A DNA stretch of 64,000 nt, from assembly GCA_965247095.1 (NCBI GenBank), contig OZ251997.1:1408001-1472000 (forward strand). Direction: 5' to 3'. Both the position numbers and the translations under genes were made by a program. The notes under the pieces were generated by a model. It did not search any database and had not been told where the DNA came from. It was given only the letters and a program-made list of their open reading frames with translations. Of this stretch, positions 1-9,479 are shown one piece after another. The DNA comes from Candidatus Multivorans sp. (GTDB lineage: Bacteria; Acidobacteriota; Thermoanaerobaculia; Multivoradales; Multivoraceae). Every line of letters starts with the position of its first letter. Position 1 is the stretch's first letter.

Positions 1-773
1 GAGCGCGGCTCGGCAATCTACCGCGGAGGGACCTGCCCCGTCTGCCACCACTGGGAAGGTCAGGGCAACCGGCGCGGGCCCGACCTGACGGACGACGAGT
101 GGCTCCACGGCGACGGTTCGCCGACGACCGTGCGCAAGGCGATCGAGACCGGGTTCCGCCACGGCGCCGGCCGCCGCTTTCGTGGCAAGTACGAGATGTG
201 GCCACTGGGCGGCATGGCGCTCGACGAAGGCGATGTCGAAGCTCTGACCGCCTACGTGTGGTCGCTCCACCGCCGTCGCCGGGCCGCGGACACCCTGACC
301 CGGGAAATCGTCAGCCGCATCGCCTTCGGCGCCGGCTCGAGGAGCAGCTCCGTCAGCCGGCCGACCTCCGCCTGCTCGTCACCAGCATTCCCGTGGTCAT
401 GGAGTTCACGGGATGGGAGAGCTGGGCGAACATGCCGCTCGAACGGCAGCGATTGCTCGACCTGATCCGGGACACCCGCGCGAGCGGCGTCCTCCTGCTG
501 AGCGGCGACACGCCCTGGTCCGAAATCTCCCGCCTCGACGGGGAGGTCGCGTACCCGCTCTGGGACATCACCTCGAGTTCGCTCAACCGGCGCGGCGCCG
601 GCATCGGCCCCAACCGCCACCGCATCGGCAGTCCGACCGCGGAACCGAACTTCGGCTACATGGAGATCGACTGGACCGCTGCCGACCCGGTGATCCGGAT
701 CGAACTGCGCAGCGTCGCGAACCGGAGCCTACTGCGGCAGACGGTGCGGTTGTCGGAGCTGCAGGCGAAGTAG
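1..773 (+). pseudogene. Cytochrome c (CcoP-like) + PhoD-type alkaline phosphatase fusion, internally deleted and frameshifted; 5' end outside window
   Basis: Frame 1 from base 1 reads ...GTCPVCHHWEGQG..GPDLTDDEWLHG...EMWP (CxxCH heme motif, distal Met), then SRIAFG (PhoD N-terminal strand). Near base 330 it switches to frame 3: LEEQLRQPADLRLLVTS..ESW..LLSGD..EIS..DITSSSL..NFG (PhoD C-terminal half). The metal-binding core between them is absent. Confidence 0.65.
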
Positions 774-795
774 GCGCGGCGCCCCCGCACTCTCC

Positions 796-3700
796 TCAGC
801 TCGTGCGCAGACGATCCGACACCTCTCCGAGCACCTTGTTCAGGTCGTCACGAGCCTCGACCGGTGCATCCTCGCTCAACTCCACGCCCACCCTGAACTT
901 CAGGCCCAGGCCGGCGCCGGCGCTCAAGAGGTCGGGAAGCCGATCGGCCAGATCCTGGATTTCACTCGGTTCCAATAGCGCGTCAGAGGCGCGAGCGCCC
1001 GATCCGGGCTGCGGCGTCGGAGCGTCCGTGGGCTTCCGGAGCTTGAGAGTGTTGGCGTTCTCGTAGCTCGCCGACGTAGTTCCATCTGCGACTTCCAGCC
1101 AACGGCTCCTCGCGGCGTTCGCGATGCCTTCGCGAAGCAGACCCCAGGGGACGGGTTCTCCCCGTACCTTCCACAACGCCTGCGACAATGCCCAGCCACT
1201 CGTCTCCCCGCCTGCCCAGGCGCCCGGAAGCTCGTCCTCGACCAGTTCTTGAGGCGTCAGGTCATCTGGCCGCGGTAGCAGCACTGCACGCTCATCCAGC
1301 GCTCCGAACGGAACCTCCTCCTTCCACGCCGAGGTTGGTCCGTTGCGCAGCCACACGAAGCCTTGCTCCACCGCCCGACAGATCGCCTCTTGGACCAGTT
1401 CCTCTGCGCAACCTGGAGTGTCGAGGGTGTCTTCGTATCCCTCCCGTTGCACTGCCACAGTGAATCCGCCGCCGAAGTACTCCAGCAAGCTCTCAAATCC
1501 GACCTCGCCGCCGTCTCCCGGCCACAGACCTGGCAACCTCTCCGGTTCCAGCAGGGAGGGGGCGAGACGTTTCAGCTCGGCGCCCCCGGGCAGCACGACC
1601 TCAAGCGCAAGATCGGCTACGCACTCCGAATCCACCAGCTCTCGCCACCAGGTTCGGCAACTGCCGTCGGGCCGTTCAAGCCGGGCAACCAGGAGACCAC
1701 GCTCCACGCCCCGCAGCACCGTCTCACGGACAATCTGTGGCCTCAGCACCTTGGGGAGATGCGGGTAGCGGGCAAATGCGCCGGCGAGGTCCTTCACGAA
1801 TCGCGCCTGCTCGCCCTCCCGCCACAGGTCATACGGTCCGTCCGGGAGAAGCGCTTCAGCGTCGACCGGGGTCTCCCGGATTCGCGACCGCTCGTCGCTC
1901 TTGATCTCCGTGAACAGGGGACCCGCCGCCCCTGGCAGCTTGAACGCCTGTGAGTCGCCGTCGGTGTTCACAGTGACAACCACGCAGTACGCCTGCCGGA
2001 CGGCGTCGGGAACCCGCACGCGTGCGTCTCGAAGCTGCCGATGGAGCCGTTCAGCCTGTATCGCATCGACCGTCTGCCCCGCGAGTTGGCCCTGCACATC
2101 CTCCCAGCCGAGCAACGCGCGGATACTGCCGCGCGCCGCCTCCAGGCCATCGCGCGACGGCACACCTAGAACCACCGCATTGCGATGAACCCGCGGACGG
2201 TCCAAGCTAGTGGTCTCGGCCAGATACCGTCTCGCCAGCGCGCTGGGCTTGCCAGATTCGGAAGCGGCCTCTGGGCCCAGCACGACGTAGCGGAAGGCGC
2301 CATCGTCGCCCACATCCTTTGGGGACCTCGGCAACATGTGGACGGCGGCGCCGGCAGCGCGGGCGCCGTCCGTAAGCACTCTGGCTTTGCGAACGGCCTC
2401 CTCGAGACGGGCCTCGACAGCCTGTGTCGACACGCGCTCCTTCCAAGCCTCGTCGTGCATCTGGCGCAGATTCGGACGATTGCCAAGCCGCCAGGACTTG
2501 GGCAGGCCCCCCTCTACGCCGTGAATATCGGCGCCGACATCCTCGTCGTCCAGGAACCAGGACAGCTCGCGCCAGCGGGTGAGCCCCTTGCGGAGCATGA
2601 TCTTGTCGGGACCGCCGGCGCCGACCATCCGTAGCAACTCCGGCGTCGAGGCTTTCCGGCCGATCGGCTGAGAGTAGAGGAAGACCGCCAGCACAGTCTG
2701 CTCCACTTCGCGGCGGGCCGCCAGGGCCGGCAGCTCCGCCTGGATCTGCCGCGCCTTGTCCAACTCGGCCTCCAGCAGCGTGACCCAGTCGGTTCTCGCG
2801 CCTTCGCCGACCTCCGAACTCGCTACCCCCGCCAGTTCGCGCACAGCTTCAGAGATGCCCTCCGTCCCTTGGCCGGTCAGCAGCGCCGAGGGGCCCACCA
2901 GGGGACTCCCATCCCAGGACTCGGACTCACGCAACGCGGTCGCCAGAATGCGCAGAATGCCGCGCGTACGTTGGAAACCCGGAAGCTGCGTCCACCGGCT
3001 GTAGAACACGTCGGTCAGATCGGGATGAAATGGGAAGCTGCCCTCGAAACGGTCTTCTTCCGTCTTCCTGTTCCTGGCTGTCGTCTCGTCCAGGCCGGCC
3101 AGCTCCCGCACCGCCCCGATCGCCTGCGAACGCCACGACTCGGTGTCCCGCAACGCCGCCGGCTCGAAGAACCGGCGCCGCAGCACTTCCGCCACGTCCT
3201 TCCTTCCGACCGGCTGCACGCCCTCCTCTCGCTGCCGGCGGAACACGTCGAACAGATCGCCGATCAGCCGCTGGCCCTCGGCGCCCTGTTGCTTGACGGG
3301 ATCGGTAGCAAGAAGGGATGCGACCAGCGCTGCGCGGTCCACGTTCGTTGTGGCCTGCACGAGGTACTGGAAGAAGTCGATGATGCGGTCGCGCCACACG
3401 CGGTCTTGACCGGCCTTCTCCCGTGCGTACATCAGGACCTCGTCGACCAGGATGAGCGTGCCGAGGCCGCGCTCTTGCGGGCGCTCCAGCAACTTGACCA
3501 GCAAAGGCTCGGCCGGCGGTGTCTCCCGTTCCTCGGCCCTGCCCTCGCCGTGGATCGCTCGCAGACCGTCATCGCCGGCGAGCTGGTACGCGAGCACGCT
3601 CCATGGATGGCGCAGGGTGCGGGTTTCGCCCTCTGGAGAACGCACACCCTCAATGCCGCGCTCGACATCGATCTTGTCGAAGCACAGAGCTGCAACATGG

Positions 3701-4086
3701 GCCCCCGGCAACTGGTGACCCGCGTGTTGCCGAAACTCGCTCACCGCCGGCACGTCCGGCAGACCCTCCGGGTCCCGGAACAGGTGATAGAGCGTGATGA
3801 GCGTATGCGTCTTGCCGCCGCCGTAGGTCAGCTCCAACTGCCGCACCGCCTTGTCGCTTCGCCCCGCGAGCCGCGCCGCCACATCCTTCACCAGCTCCCG
3901 CAACGCGTGCGTGGGATAGGTCAGGGCGAAGAACTTCTCCGGCTCCTCGTACACAGGCCGCTTGCCCCGCCTGAGCGTGACCTCATGCAGATCGGCGGCG
4001 AACTCCGCCAGCGACAGTTCGCCCGAGCGCAGTTCGTCCTTCAGCCGGACGACTTCGTGCCAGGGTTTGGGACGTTGCCTGGTCAT
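796..4086 (-). CDS. DUF499-family AAA+ ATPase of a restriction-like (SNF2-DUF1156-DUF499) defence system
   Basis: KPWHEVV..FAADL..FFALTYPT N-terminus, Walker A TYGGGKTH, Walker B ILVDE, FPFHP and FQRTRGILR motifs. ATG at 4086 has GGAGG upstream and an ATGA overlap with the upstream stop. Confidence 0.88.
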   Translation of the reverse strand: MTRQRPKPWHEVVRLKDELRSGELSLAEFAADLHEVTLRRGKRPVYEEPEKFFALTYPTHALRELVKDVAARLAGRSDKAVRQLELTYGGGKTHTLITLYHLFRDPEGLPDVPAVSEFRQHAGHQLPGAHVAALCFDKIDVERGIEGVRSPEGETRTLRHPWSVLAYQLAGDDGLRAIHGEGRAEERETPPAEPLLVKLLERPQERGLGTLILVDEVLMYAREKAGQDRVWRDRIIDFFQYLVQATTNVDRAALVASLLATDPVKQQGAEGQRLIGDLFDVFRRQREEGVQPVGRKDVAEVLRRRFFEPAALRDTESWRSQAIGAVRELAGLDETTARNRKTEEDRFEGSFPFHPDLTDVFYSRWTQLPGFQRTRGILRILATALRESESWDGSPLVGPSALLTGQGTEGISEAVRELAGVASSEVGEGARTDWVTLLEAELDKARQIQAELPALAARREVEQTVLAVFLYSQPIGRKASTPELLRMVGAGGPDKIMLRKGLTRWRELSWFLDDEDVGADIHGVEGGLPKSWRLGNRPNLRQMHDEAWKERVSTQAVEARLEEAVRKARVLTDGARAAGAAVHMLPRSPKDVGDDGAFRYVVLGPEAASESGKPSALARRYLAETTSLDRPRVHRNAVVLGVPSRDGLEAARGSIRALLGWEDVQGQLAGQTVDAIQAERLHRQLRDARVRVPDAVRQAYCVVVTVNTDGDSQAFKLPGAAGPLFTEIKSDERSRIRETPVDAEALLPDGPYDLWREGEQARFVKDLAGAFARYPHLPKVLRPQIVRETVLRGVERGLLVARLERPDGSCRTWWRELVDSECVADLALEVVLPGGAELKRLAPSLLEPERLPGLWPGDGGEVGFESLLEYFGGGFTVAVQREGYEDTLDTPGCAEELVQEAICRAVEQGFVWLRNGPTSAWKEEVPFGALDERAVLLPRPDDLTPQELVEDELPGAWAGGETSGWALSQALWKVRGEPVPWGLLREGIANAARSRWLEVADGTTSASYENANTLKLRKPTDAPTPQPGSGARASDALLEPSEIQDLADRLPDLLSAGAGLGLKFRVGVELSEDAPVEARDDLNKVLGEVSDRLRTS

Positions 4087-5156
4087 CGATTCCGCTCCTC
4101 CCAAGCCCGTACTCGGCGGCTCGCCGCGTCGAAGACGCGCTCGTAGTTACCGCGAGTGATCGCGTGACGTGTCTCCTCGCTCAAGCGGTCCCAGAGAGGC
4201 TGGTAGTCGCCCCAGGTCTTGAGATACCCCTCGCGGCTCGCCGGGGCCACGGAGTCGGTGCCGAACAGGAATCGGCCGCGATGGCGCTCCAGAAGCGCCG
4301 CCCAGGCAGCGAGTGAGCCTTCGTCCCGCACGATGTACTTCGCCACTTCGTCCCACGACAGGTCGCAGTGGACGTGCGAGTACGCCTCGTCGGACAGCAG
4401 ACCGTCGAGCAACTGGACGTGGTCAGGCGCCGGCCCCACGAAACGGCCAAGGCCGGTGTGCGCCCAGATGATCGTCACGTCGGCGTGGGCGCGGAAGACC
4501 TCCTGCAGAGCATCCAGGTGGACCGGCTCCTGGGCCTCGGTTGGCAACACGACGTCGATGTCGTTGTGCAGAATGACCGCCAGACCGACTTCGCTCGCGA
4601 GGTCGAGCACCCGGTCGAGCGCCGGGTTCCGCAGGCTGGCGCCGTGTCCCAGGATCTTCGAGGTCACGAACTCCTTGTGGATCGAGAACTCGCCGATCCC
4701 GGAGAAGACGCCCGGGTACATCTCCAGCACCCGGCGGATGTGGTCCGCGGCGTACATGTCGGTCGGGTTGAAGCCCGTGATCATCGGATCGAAGCGTTCC
4801 TGCTCCGCCGGTAGGAGCGACTCGTACTGCTCGGCGACGATCGCATCGACAAAGGAGTAGTAGTAGAGCGCCGCGTCCGAGTGCAGGTAGTAGTCCGGCG
4901 CCCGGTCGCCCGACTCGAAGTAGTCCCACTTCTGTTGCAACGGAATGCCGAACACGGCGGCGCGGCCAACGCTATTCCCCGCCGTCGCCAGGAACTCGCT
5001 CAACGTGATCCCGCGCTGAACGTAGTTCGTGAGGTGGAAGTGGGCGTCGTGGAACTTGGGCGGTGCCGGGCCGGTCTGCGCGGCCGCGGCCGCCGCGGCT
5101 AGCCACGCTCCTGCGAACAGCATGGCGACGGCTTTCGGTCTCACCAGATCGGGCAC
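4083..5156 (-). CDS. Secreted amidohydrolase family (TIM-barrel metallohydrolase) protein
   Basis: Signal peptide, DAHFH metal motif, GIGEF, LHND, WAHTG, FGTD; GAGGAG upstream of GTG. Confidence 0.85.
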   Translation of the reverse strand: MPDLVRPKAVAMLFAGAWLAAAAAAAQTGPAPPKFHDAHFHLTNYVQRGITLSEFLATAGNSVGRAAVFGIPLQQKWDYFESGDRAPDYYLHSDAALYYYSFVDAIVAEQYESLLPAEQERFDPMITGFNPTDMYAADHIRRVLEMYPGVFSGIGEFSIHKEFVTSKILGHGASLRNPALDRVLDLASEVGLAVILHNDIDVVLPTEAQEPVHLDALQEVFRAHADVTIIWAHTGLGRFVGPAPDHVQLLDGLLSDEAYSHVHCDLSWDEVAKYIVRDEGSLAAWAALLERHRGRFLFGTDSVAPASREGYLKTWGDYQPLWDRLSEETRHAITRGNYERVFDAASRRVRAWEERNR

Positions 5157-5206
5157 ATCGTCTCCTCGATGCGAAAACGGACGGAGTTCGGAAGCGTCGT
5201 GTAAAC

Positions 5207-5458
5207 CTACCGAAGGAGGTCAGCCGGCAGCCACATGGGCTTCCAACCGCCGGGCGAGGGCTGACCGCCGGCGCCGTACTTGCCACCGATGATGTCGGCC
5301 AGTCGATATCCCCGACCAATGCCGTGAAGGAAGCGGAACGCGTCGCGGACGTTGCTCTTGCCGCTCGCGTTGGCGCCCACCAGCACGGTGAACGGCCCCA
5401 TGCGCAGCGTCTCGTCCGCGAAGTTCTTGAAGTTCTTGAGTCGAACCGACGTGATCAC
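5207..5458 (-). pseudogene. Truncated AAA/ABC-type ATPase (AAA_21/RecF-like N-terminus only)
   Basis: MITSVRLKNFKNF...TVLVGANASGKSNVRDAFRFL Walker A region; ends after about 83 aa with no signature or Walker B motif. Confidence 0.75.
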
Positions 5459-5467
5459 GGCGCGAAC

Positions 5468-8400
5468 CTACAACATGGTCCGCTGACGCGGCGCCGGCGC
5501 GGCGGCGCCCCGGCCCTGCAGGTGGTTCTGGATCGATTCCAGGATCGCGCGCTCCTCCGAGCCCTCGCCGGCGAGTTCGATCACCGCCTGGACGACGCGG
5601 GCGAACAGTTCGTGCCGCCACAAGCCGCGTTCTTCCAGGTAGCGGTCCACGCGGCCCTGCTCGCCGGTCTTCCAGAGCTGCATCAGGCGGTGGACGCAGT
5701 CGATCAGGGGCGGCGGCGCGCCGTCCGCCGAGGGTTCGCCCAGATTCCGGCTGCGGCGGCGGTTCCAGTGTTTGAGCCGGGCCTCCGAAGCCGAACCGGC
5801 GTTCTCTGAACCGTCCTCGCCTCCATCTTCGGCCGGGACCGCGGTCACCGAGGCGCCGCCACGCACCAGCAGATCCAAGCCGCCAGCGAGTTCGGCGTCC
5901 GACAGATTGCAGGAGACGGCGTAGAGAATGCAGGCGCCCGCGGGCGCGGGGTCCAGCCCGTAGTCGTGCCGGTGCAGGAGGTAGTAGGTGGTCAAGTCGT
6001 CGAGTTCCGCGGCGGCTCGCGATTCGTCCGGCCCGCTAGCGAGCAGGCGGCTGACCGCGAAGCCCACCACCATTCTCCGCACCTGGCGCAGGAACTCGGC
6101 GACCGACAGCAGTTCACCTTGGGCATCGGCCTTCTTGACCACGGGATGGCGGCTGAAGGCCTCGAGTGCCGGACCGGTCGCCGCCCAAACGAAGTCCGGC
6201 CCACGAATACCCGCGTCCCAGAACTGCCGCAGGCGGTCGGTGATGTTGGATCGCATCTCGGACAGCACTCCGCGATCCCAGCCTGGCCGTGCATCCGCCG
6301 GGCGCCGGCGGCAAACCAACCAGATGGACGAGGACAACGCCGCCGAGGCTAGGGAACGCTGCCGGGTCGTCATCTCGGTCTGGATCGGCCAGGAGCCATC
6401 GACCACGAAACCGGCCCGGATCAGGGCGGAAACCAAGGTCTCCCAGGCGTCGGGTTGCTTGTTGGCGAAGACGATGACCAGCCGCCCGTCATCGCGCAGC
6501 GCGTCGTGGAAGCGCCCGAACGCCCGCGCCATGCCGTCTTCGTAGTTCTGCTTGGACGCGTTCCGGTCGCCGTCGAAGCGGGAGGCGTCGTCGATCAGTT
6601 CGCCGTCGCCCTTCCCGCCGGAGGCCGCGGCGTCCCATTTCGGGCCGAGGGCGTTGGCGAACGCGGCATCGGTGTCCGCCGACAGGCCGTGCAGAGTCCG
6701 CCGCAACCAAACGAAGAAGAAATCCATCAGGTCCGAGTAGGGAATGGCGTCGTAGTAGGGCGGATCGGTGCAAATCAGGTCGGCGCCGACGTCCCGCAGC
6801 GCTATCGCGCTCTGTGCGCGTATTTGCGGAGCTGACGCTGCAGCGAGCGCACCGAGCGCGTGACCCGTGTAGCGAGCTACCCAATCCGTCATGGCCTGAA
6901 AACCGCCTGAGGTCTCGGACAGTGGGTTGACTTCGCAGTAGTCCCACACCATGGGCAACGCGAAACGCGCGAACGTGTTCCTGAGCTTCTCACCCGAGTT
7001 GTGCCAGGAACAGACTGAGCTGCTGTAGTCCGTCAACTTGCTCATGATGCACGCCAAGTTCGCTGCCATCGCCTCGCGCCATTCCTCCGGATAGCCGTCC
7101 ATCTGGGCCGCCGAGCTTCGAATCGCTCGAACCAACCCCCCTAGAGCCAGCAACTGCCGGTTAGTAAAGAGCTTGCGCCATGTGTCGAAGCCGTAGCGCG
7201 GCACACGCATCCCGAGCGCCTTCTCGCTGGGGGTCGGCTCCTCCGGCATGCCGAACGGAATCTCCCCGTAGAGAGCTTCCAGTTCATCCTCACTCACCGT
7301 CGCCGCATCGATCTCGGCATCGGTCGGCAGCCGGTACTCCTTCCCCTGCTGGCCGTCCACAACAACCGCCATCATCCTCTCGCCAAGCCGTCCCGCACGC
7401 CCCTCGTTGCGAAGGTCGGCCATCGTCGCGATAGCAGAACAGCAAGGGCACCTGGCGCCGGTGCGGCTCATTGTGCCGGCGCCCAGCCGGCGGTCGTGCT
7501 CGCGCCGCCGCGCCGCGTTCCCCTCGCCTTCCGGCACGCCGTGCTCCAGCGCGAAGTCCACGCCCGAGCCGTCTTCCCGCGGCGTCACCTGAAGCAGGAT
7601 CCGCTTGCCGGGCTTCTTGCACAACCAGCGCGTCTTGAGCAACGGCAGCTCCGCCCGGCAGTTCGCGCAACGGACCGTGCGCGCCCAGAGATAGGCGACC
7701 GTAGGTTTAGCGACCCAGCGCGGGTTCGCCTCGTTCTCCAGGTGGACCGAATCGAACTCGGCGTTCAGTGCCGCCACCGACACGTTGCCCTCATCGTCCG
7801 GTTCAAGCAGTTCCGGCGACCGCCGCCGGAAGCGCCTCTCAGGGAATCGAACCTCGGCGGCCCGCTTACGCCGGCCTTTCCGACGCACCGGCTCGAACTC
7901 CCCGTACGTCGGATAGCGCACCGCCAACTCGCGCCGTGCCTCGGCCAAGACCCTTCGGCCCCAGGCCCGCAGGTGCCAAGGGAAGCCCGCGTAGGCGGAA
8001 GGCCAGGCCGCGCCAACCTGAGCGAGCGCTTCGGCTGCAGGAACCGCCTCCTGCGCCGCCGAAGTTCCGGGTCCACGCTGGGCCGACATCTCACCACCGT
8101 CCAGCACCGCCGACCGCATCTGCACCGGTTCTCCGTCCGAGTGCCCCAGCTCGCGCAGCCTCTCGCGCAACGCGGCCTTCTTCGTCACCCCCTGCGCCTT
8201 GAAGAACGCCTCCATGAAGCTCCCGTCGCGGACCGCGAACTCCGGCAGCGGCAGCTCTTGCCCCGCAACCAGACGCGGGTAATGCAGCGTGCAGCGCAGC
8301 ACGAACCAGGCCACCGGGTTGAGGTCGGAGGCCGTGACCTCGCAACCGAGCCGCATCGCCTCCAGCGGAATAGCCCCGCCGCCCGCAAACGGATCCAGCA

Positions 8401-8767
8401 CTCGCGGCGCCCGCCCCCCGAACGCCTCTCGGACCTCCAGCCGTAGCTTCTCGAGTTCAGGCGAGCTCTCGCGCCCCCAGTGCAGGACGCCGCCCGCCGT
8501 CTCGTCCTTCAGCTTGCCCGCCGGCGTCTGCCGCTGGCGCACCTTACCGGCGATCCGTGCCATCAACCGCCGCCGCCCCTCCGCGTCGCCAGGATCAGGC
8601 AGGAGCGTCGCCAGCAGCGCCGCCCGGCAAGCCGCCAACGGCCGCCGAGCCGGCCAGATGTGCAGCGTCGAGATATGGCCGTGCCGGACGTTCTTCTCGT
8701 GAACCGAATCCAGCGATGTCTGGCGCAGCGGAAACGCCGCCTCGATCAGCCGGGTGTCGGGGTTCAC
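5468..8767 (-). CDS. DUF1156 adenine-specific DNA methyltransferase with Zn ribbon
   Basis: RLIE..FPL..HIWPARRPLAACRA N-terminus, SAM motif VLDPFAGGGAIPLEA, CANC/CPCC cysteines, catalytic DPPYY. GTG at 8767 preferred (alternative start 8806). Confidence 0.9.
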   Translation of the reverse strand: MNPDTRLIEAAFPLRQTSLDSVHEKNVRHGHISTLHIWPARRPLAACRAALLATLLPDPGDAEGRRRLMARIAGKVRQRQTPAGKLKDETAGGVLHWGRESSPELEKLRLEVREAFGGRAPRVLDPFAGGGAIPLEAMRLGCEVTASDLNPVAWFVLRCTLHYPRLVAGQELPLPEFAVRDGSFMEAFFKAQGVTKKAALRERLRELGHSDGEPVQMRSAVLDGGEMSAQRGPGTSAAQEAVPAAEALAQVGAAWPSAYAGFPWHLRAWGRRVLAEARRELAVRYPTYGEFEPVRRKGRRKRAAEVRFPERRFRRRSPELLEPDDEGNVSVAALNAEFDSVHLENEANPRWVAKPTVAYLWARTVRCANCRAELPLLKTRWLCKKPGKRILLQVTPREDGSGVDFALEHGVPEGEGNAARRREHDRRLGAGTMSRTGARCPCCSAIATMADLRNEGRAGRLGERMMAVVVDGQQGKEYRLPTDAEIDAATVSEDELEALYGEIPFGMPEEPTPSEKALGMRVPRYGFDTWRKLFTNRQLLALGGLVRAIRSSAAQMDGYPEEWREAMAANLACIMSKLTDYSSSVCSWHNSGEKLRNTFARFALPMVWDYCEVNPLSETSGGFQAMTDWVARYTGHALGALAAASAPQIRAQSAIALRDVGADLICTDPPYYDAIPYSDLMDFFFVWLRRTLHGLSADTDAAFANALGPKWDAAASGGKGDGELIDDASRFDGDRNASKQNYEDGMARAFGRFHDALRDDGRLVIVFANKQPDAWETLVSALIRAGFVVDGSWPIQTEMTTRQRSLASAALSSSIWLVCRRRPADARPGWDRGVLSEMRSNITDRLRQFWDAGIRGPDFVWAATGPALEAFSRHPVVKKADAQGELLSVAEFLRQVRRMVVGFAVSRLLASGPDESRAAAELDDLTTYYLLHRHDYGLDPAPAGACILYAVSCNLSDAELAGGLDLLVRGGASVTAVPAEDGGEDGSENAGSASEARLKHWNRRRSRNLGEPSADGAPPPLIDCVHRLMQLWKTGEQGRVDRYLEERGLWRHELFARVVQAVIELAGEGSEERAILESIQNHLQGRGAAAPAPRQRTML

Positions 8768-8924
8768 TGGGCCAATGCTATCGCTCGGAGAGCGATCATC
8801 TGTCACGTACGACGGCCTCGCCGGTACGACAGAGAGGATCGTTGGCGGCCACGGGAAGCTGGGCAGCGGGGATGCATGGCAGCCAATCGTAGCCCGGCCG
8901 GCCGACGTGTATCATGCCGATCGC

Positions 8925-9131
8925 GTGAACGGCGCCGAGTTCGCCAGGCGCATTCGGCGCCACCCAAGACGTACCCGACAGGAGTTTCGGCTCGACCGGG
9001 CCGGCGGCAAAGGCAGTCATGGGAAGCTCTACCTCGGTGACCGCCGGACTATCGTCAAGCACGGCGAGATCCCCAAACCTCTGCTCAAGTCGATGCTGAA
9101 GCAACTCGGCGTTACCGAAGAAGACCTCTGA
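8925..9131 (+). CDS. hicA: HicA-family mRNA interferase toxin
   Basis: 68 aa basic protein with GKGSH motif and EI...LLKSMLKQLGV C-terminus, directly upstream of a HicB-like gene. Confidence 0.8.
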   Translation: MNGAEFARRIRRHPRRTRQEFRLDRAGGKGSHGKLYLGDRRTIVKHGEIPKPLLKSMLKQLGVTEEDL

Positions 9132-9142
9132 GGACCCGACGC

Positions 9143-9399
9143 ATGGACTACGCCTATCCCTGCCTGCTCACACACGACGACGGCGACGCCTCGTGCTACC
9201 TCGTCACCTTCCCGAACCTGCCCGAGGCGCTCACCGCGGGCGCCACGCGGGAGGAATCCCTGTTGCTCGCCGAAGACGCCTTGGTCGTCCTTCGCGCCTC
9301 GACCACGTCGCCACAGCTCTCCGCACGCTGGGGCGCAGCTTGGTCGTCGGGGACCGCGCCGCACCGGAAATCCGTCGCGCCCACGTCGCCGCTGGCTGA
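9143..9399 (+). pseudogene. hicB: HicB antitoxin with internal deletion and frameshift
   Basis: YAYPC..YLVTFPNLPEALTAGATREESLLLAEDAL (HicB N-domain). Near 9290 the C-terminal tail (SRLDHVATALRTLGRSLVV) appears in another frame and the middle is missing. Confidence 0.7.
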
Positions 9400-9479
9400 A
9401 CAGACGCCGCTCCGGGCGACCGGCGCCTTCAACCGGGACGACGGCAACTGATGTGGTCTCAGGAAACCGGAGCTTCCCG

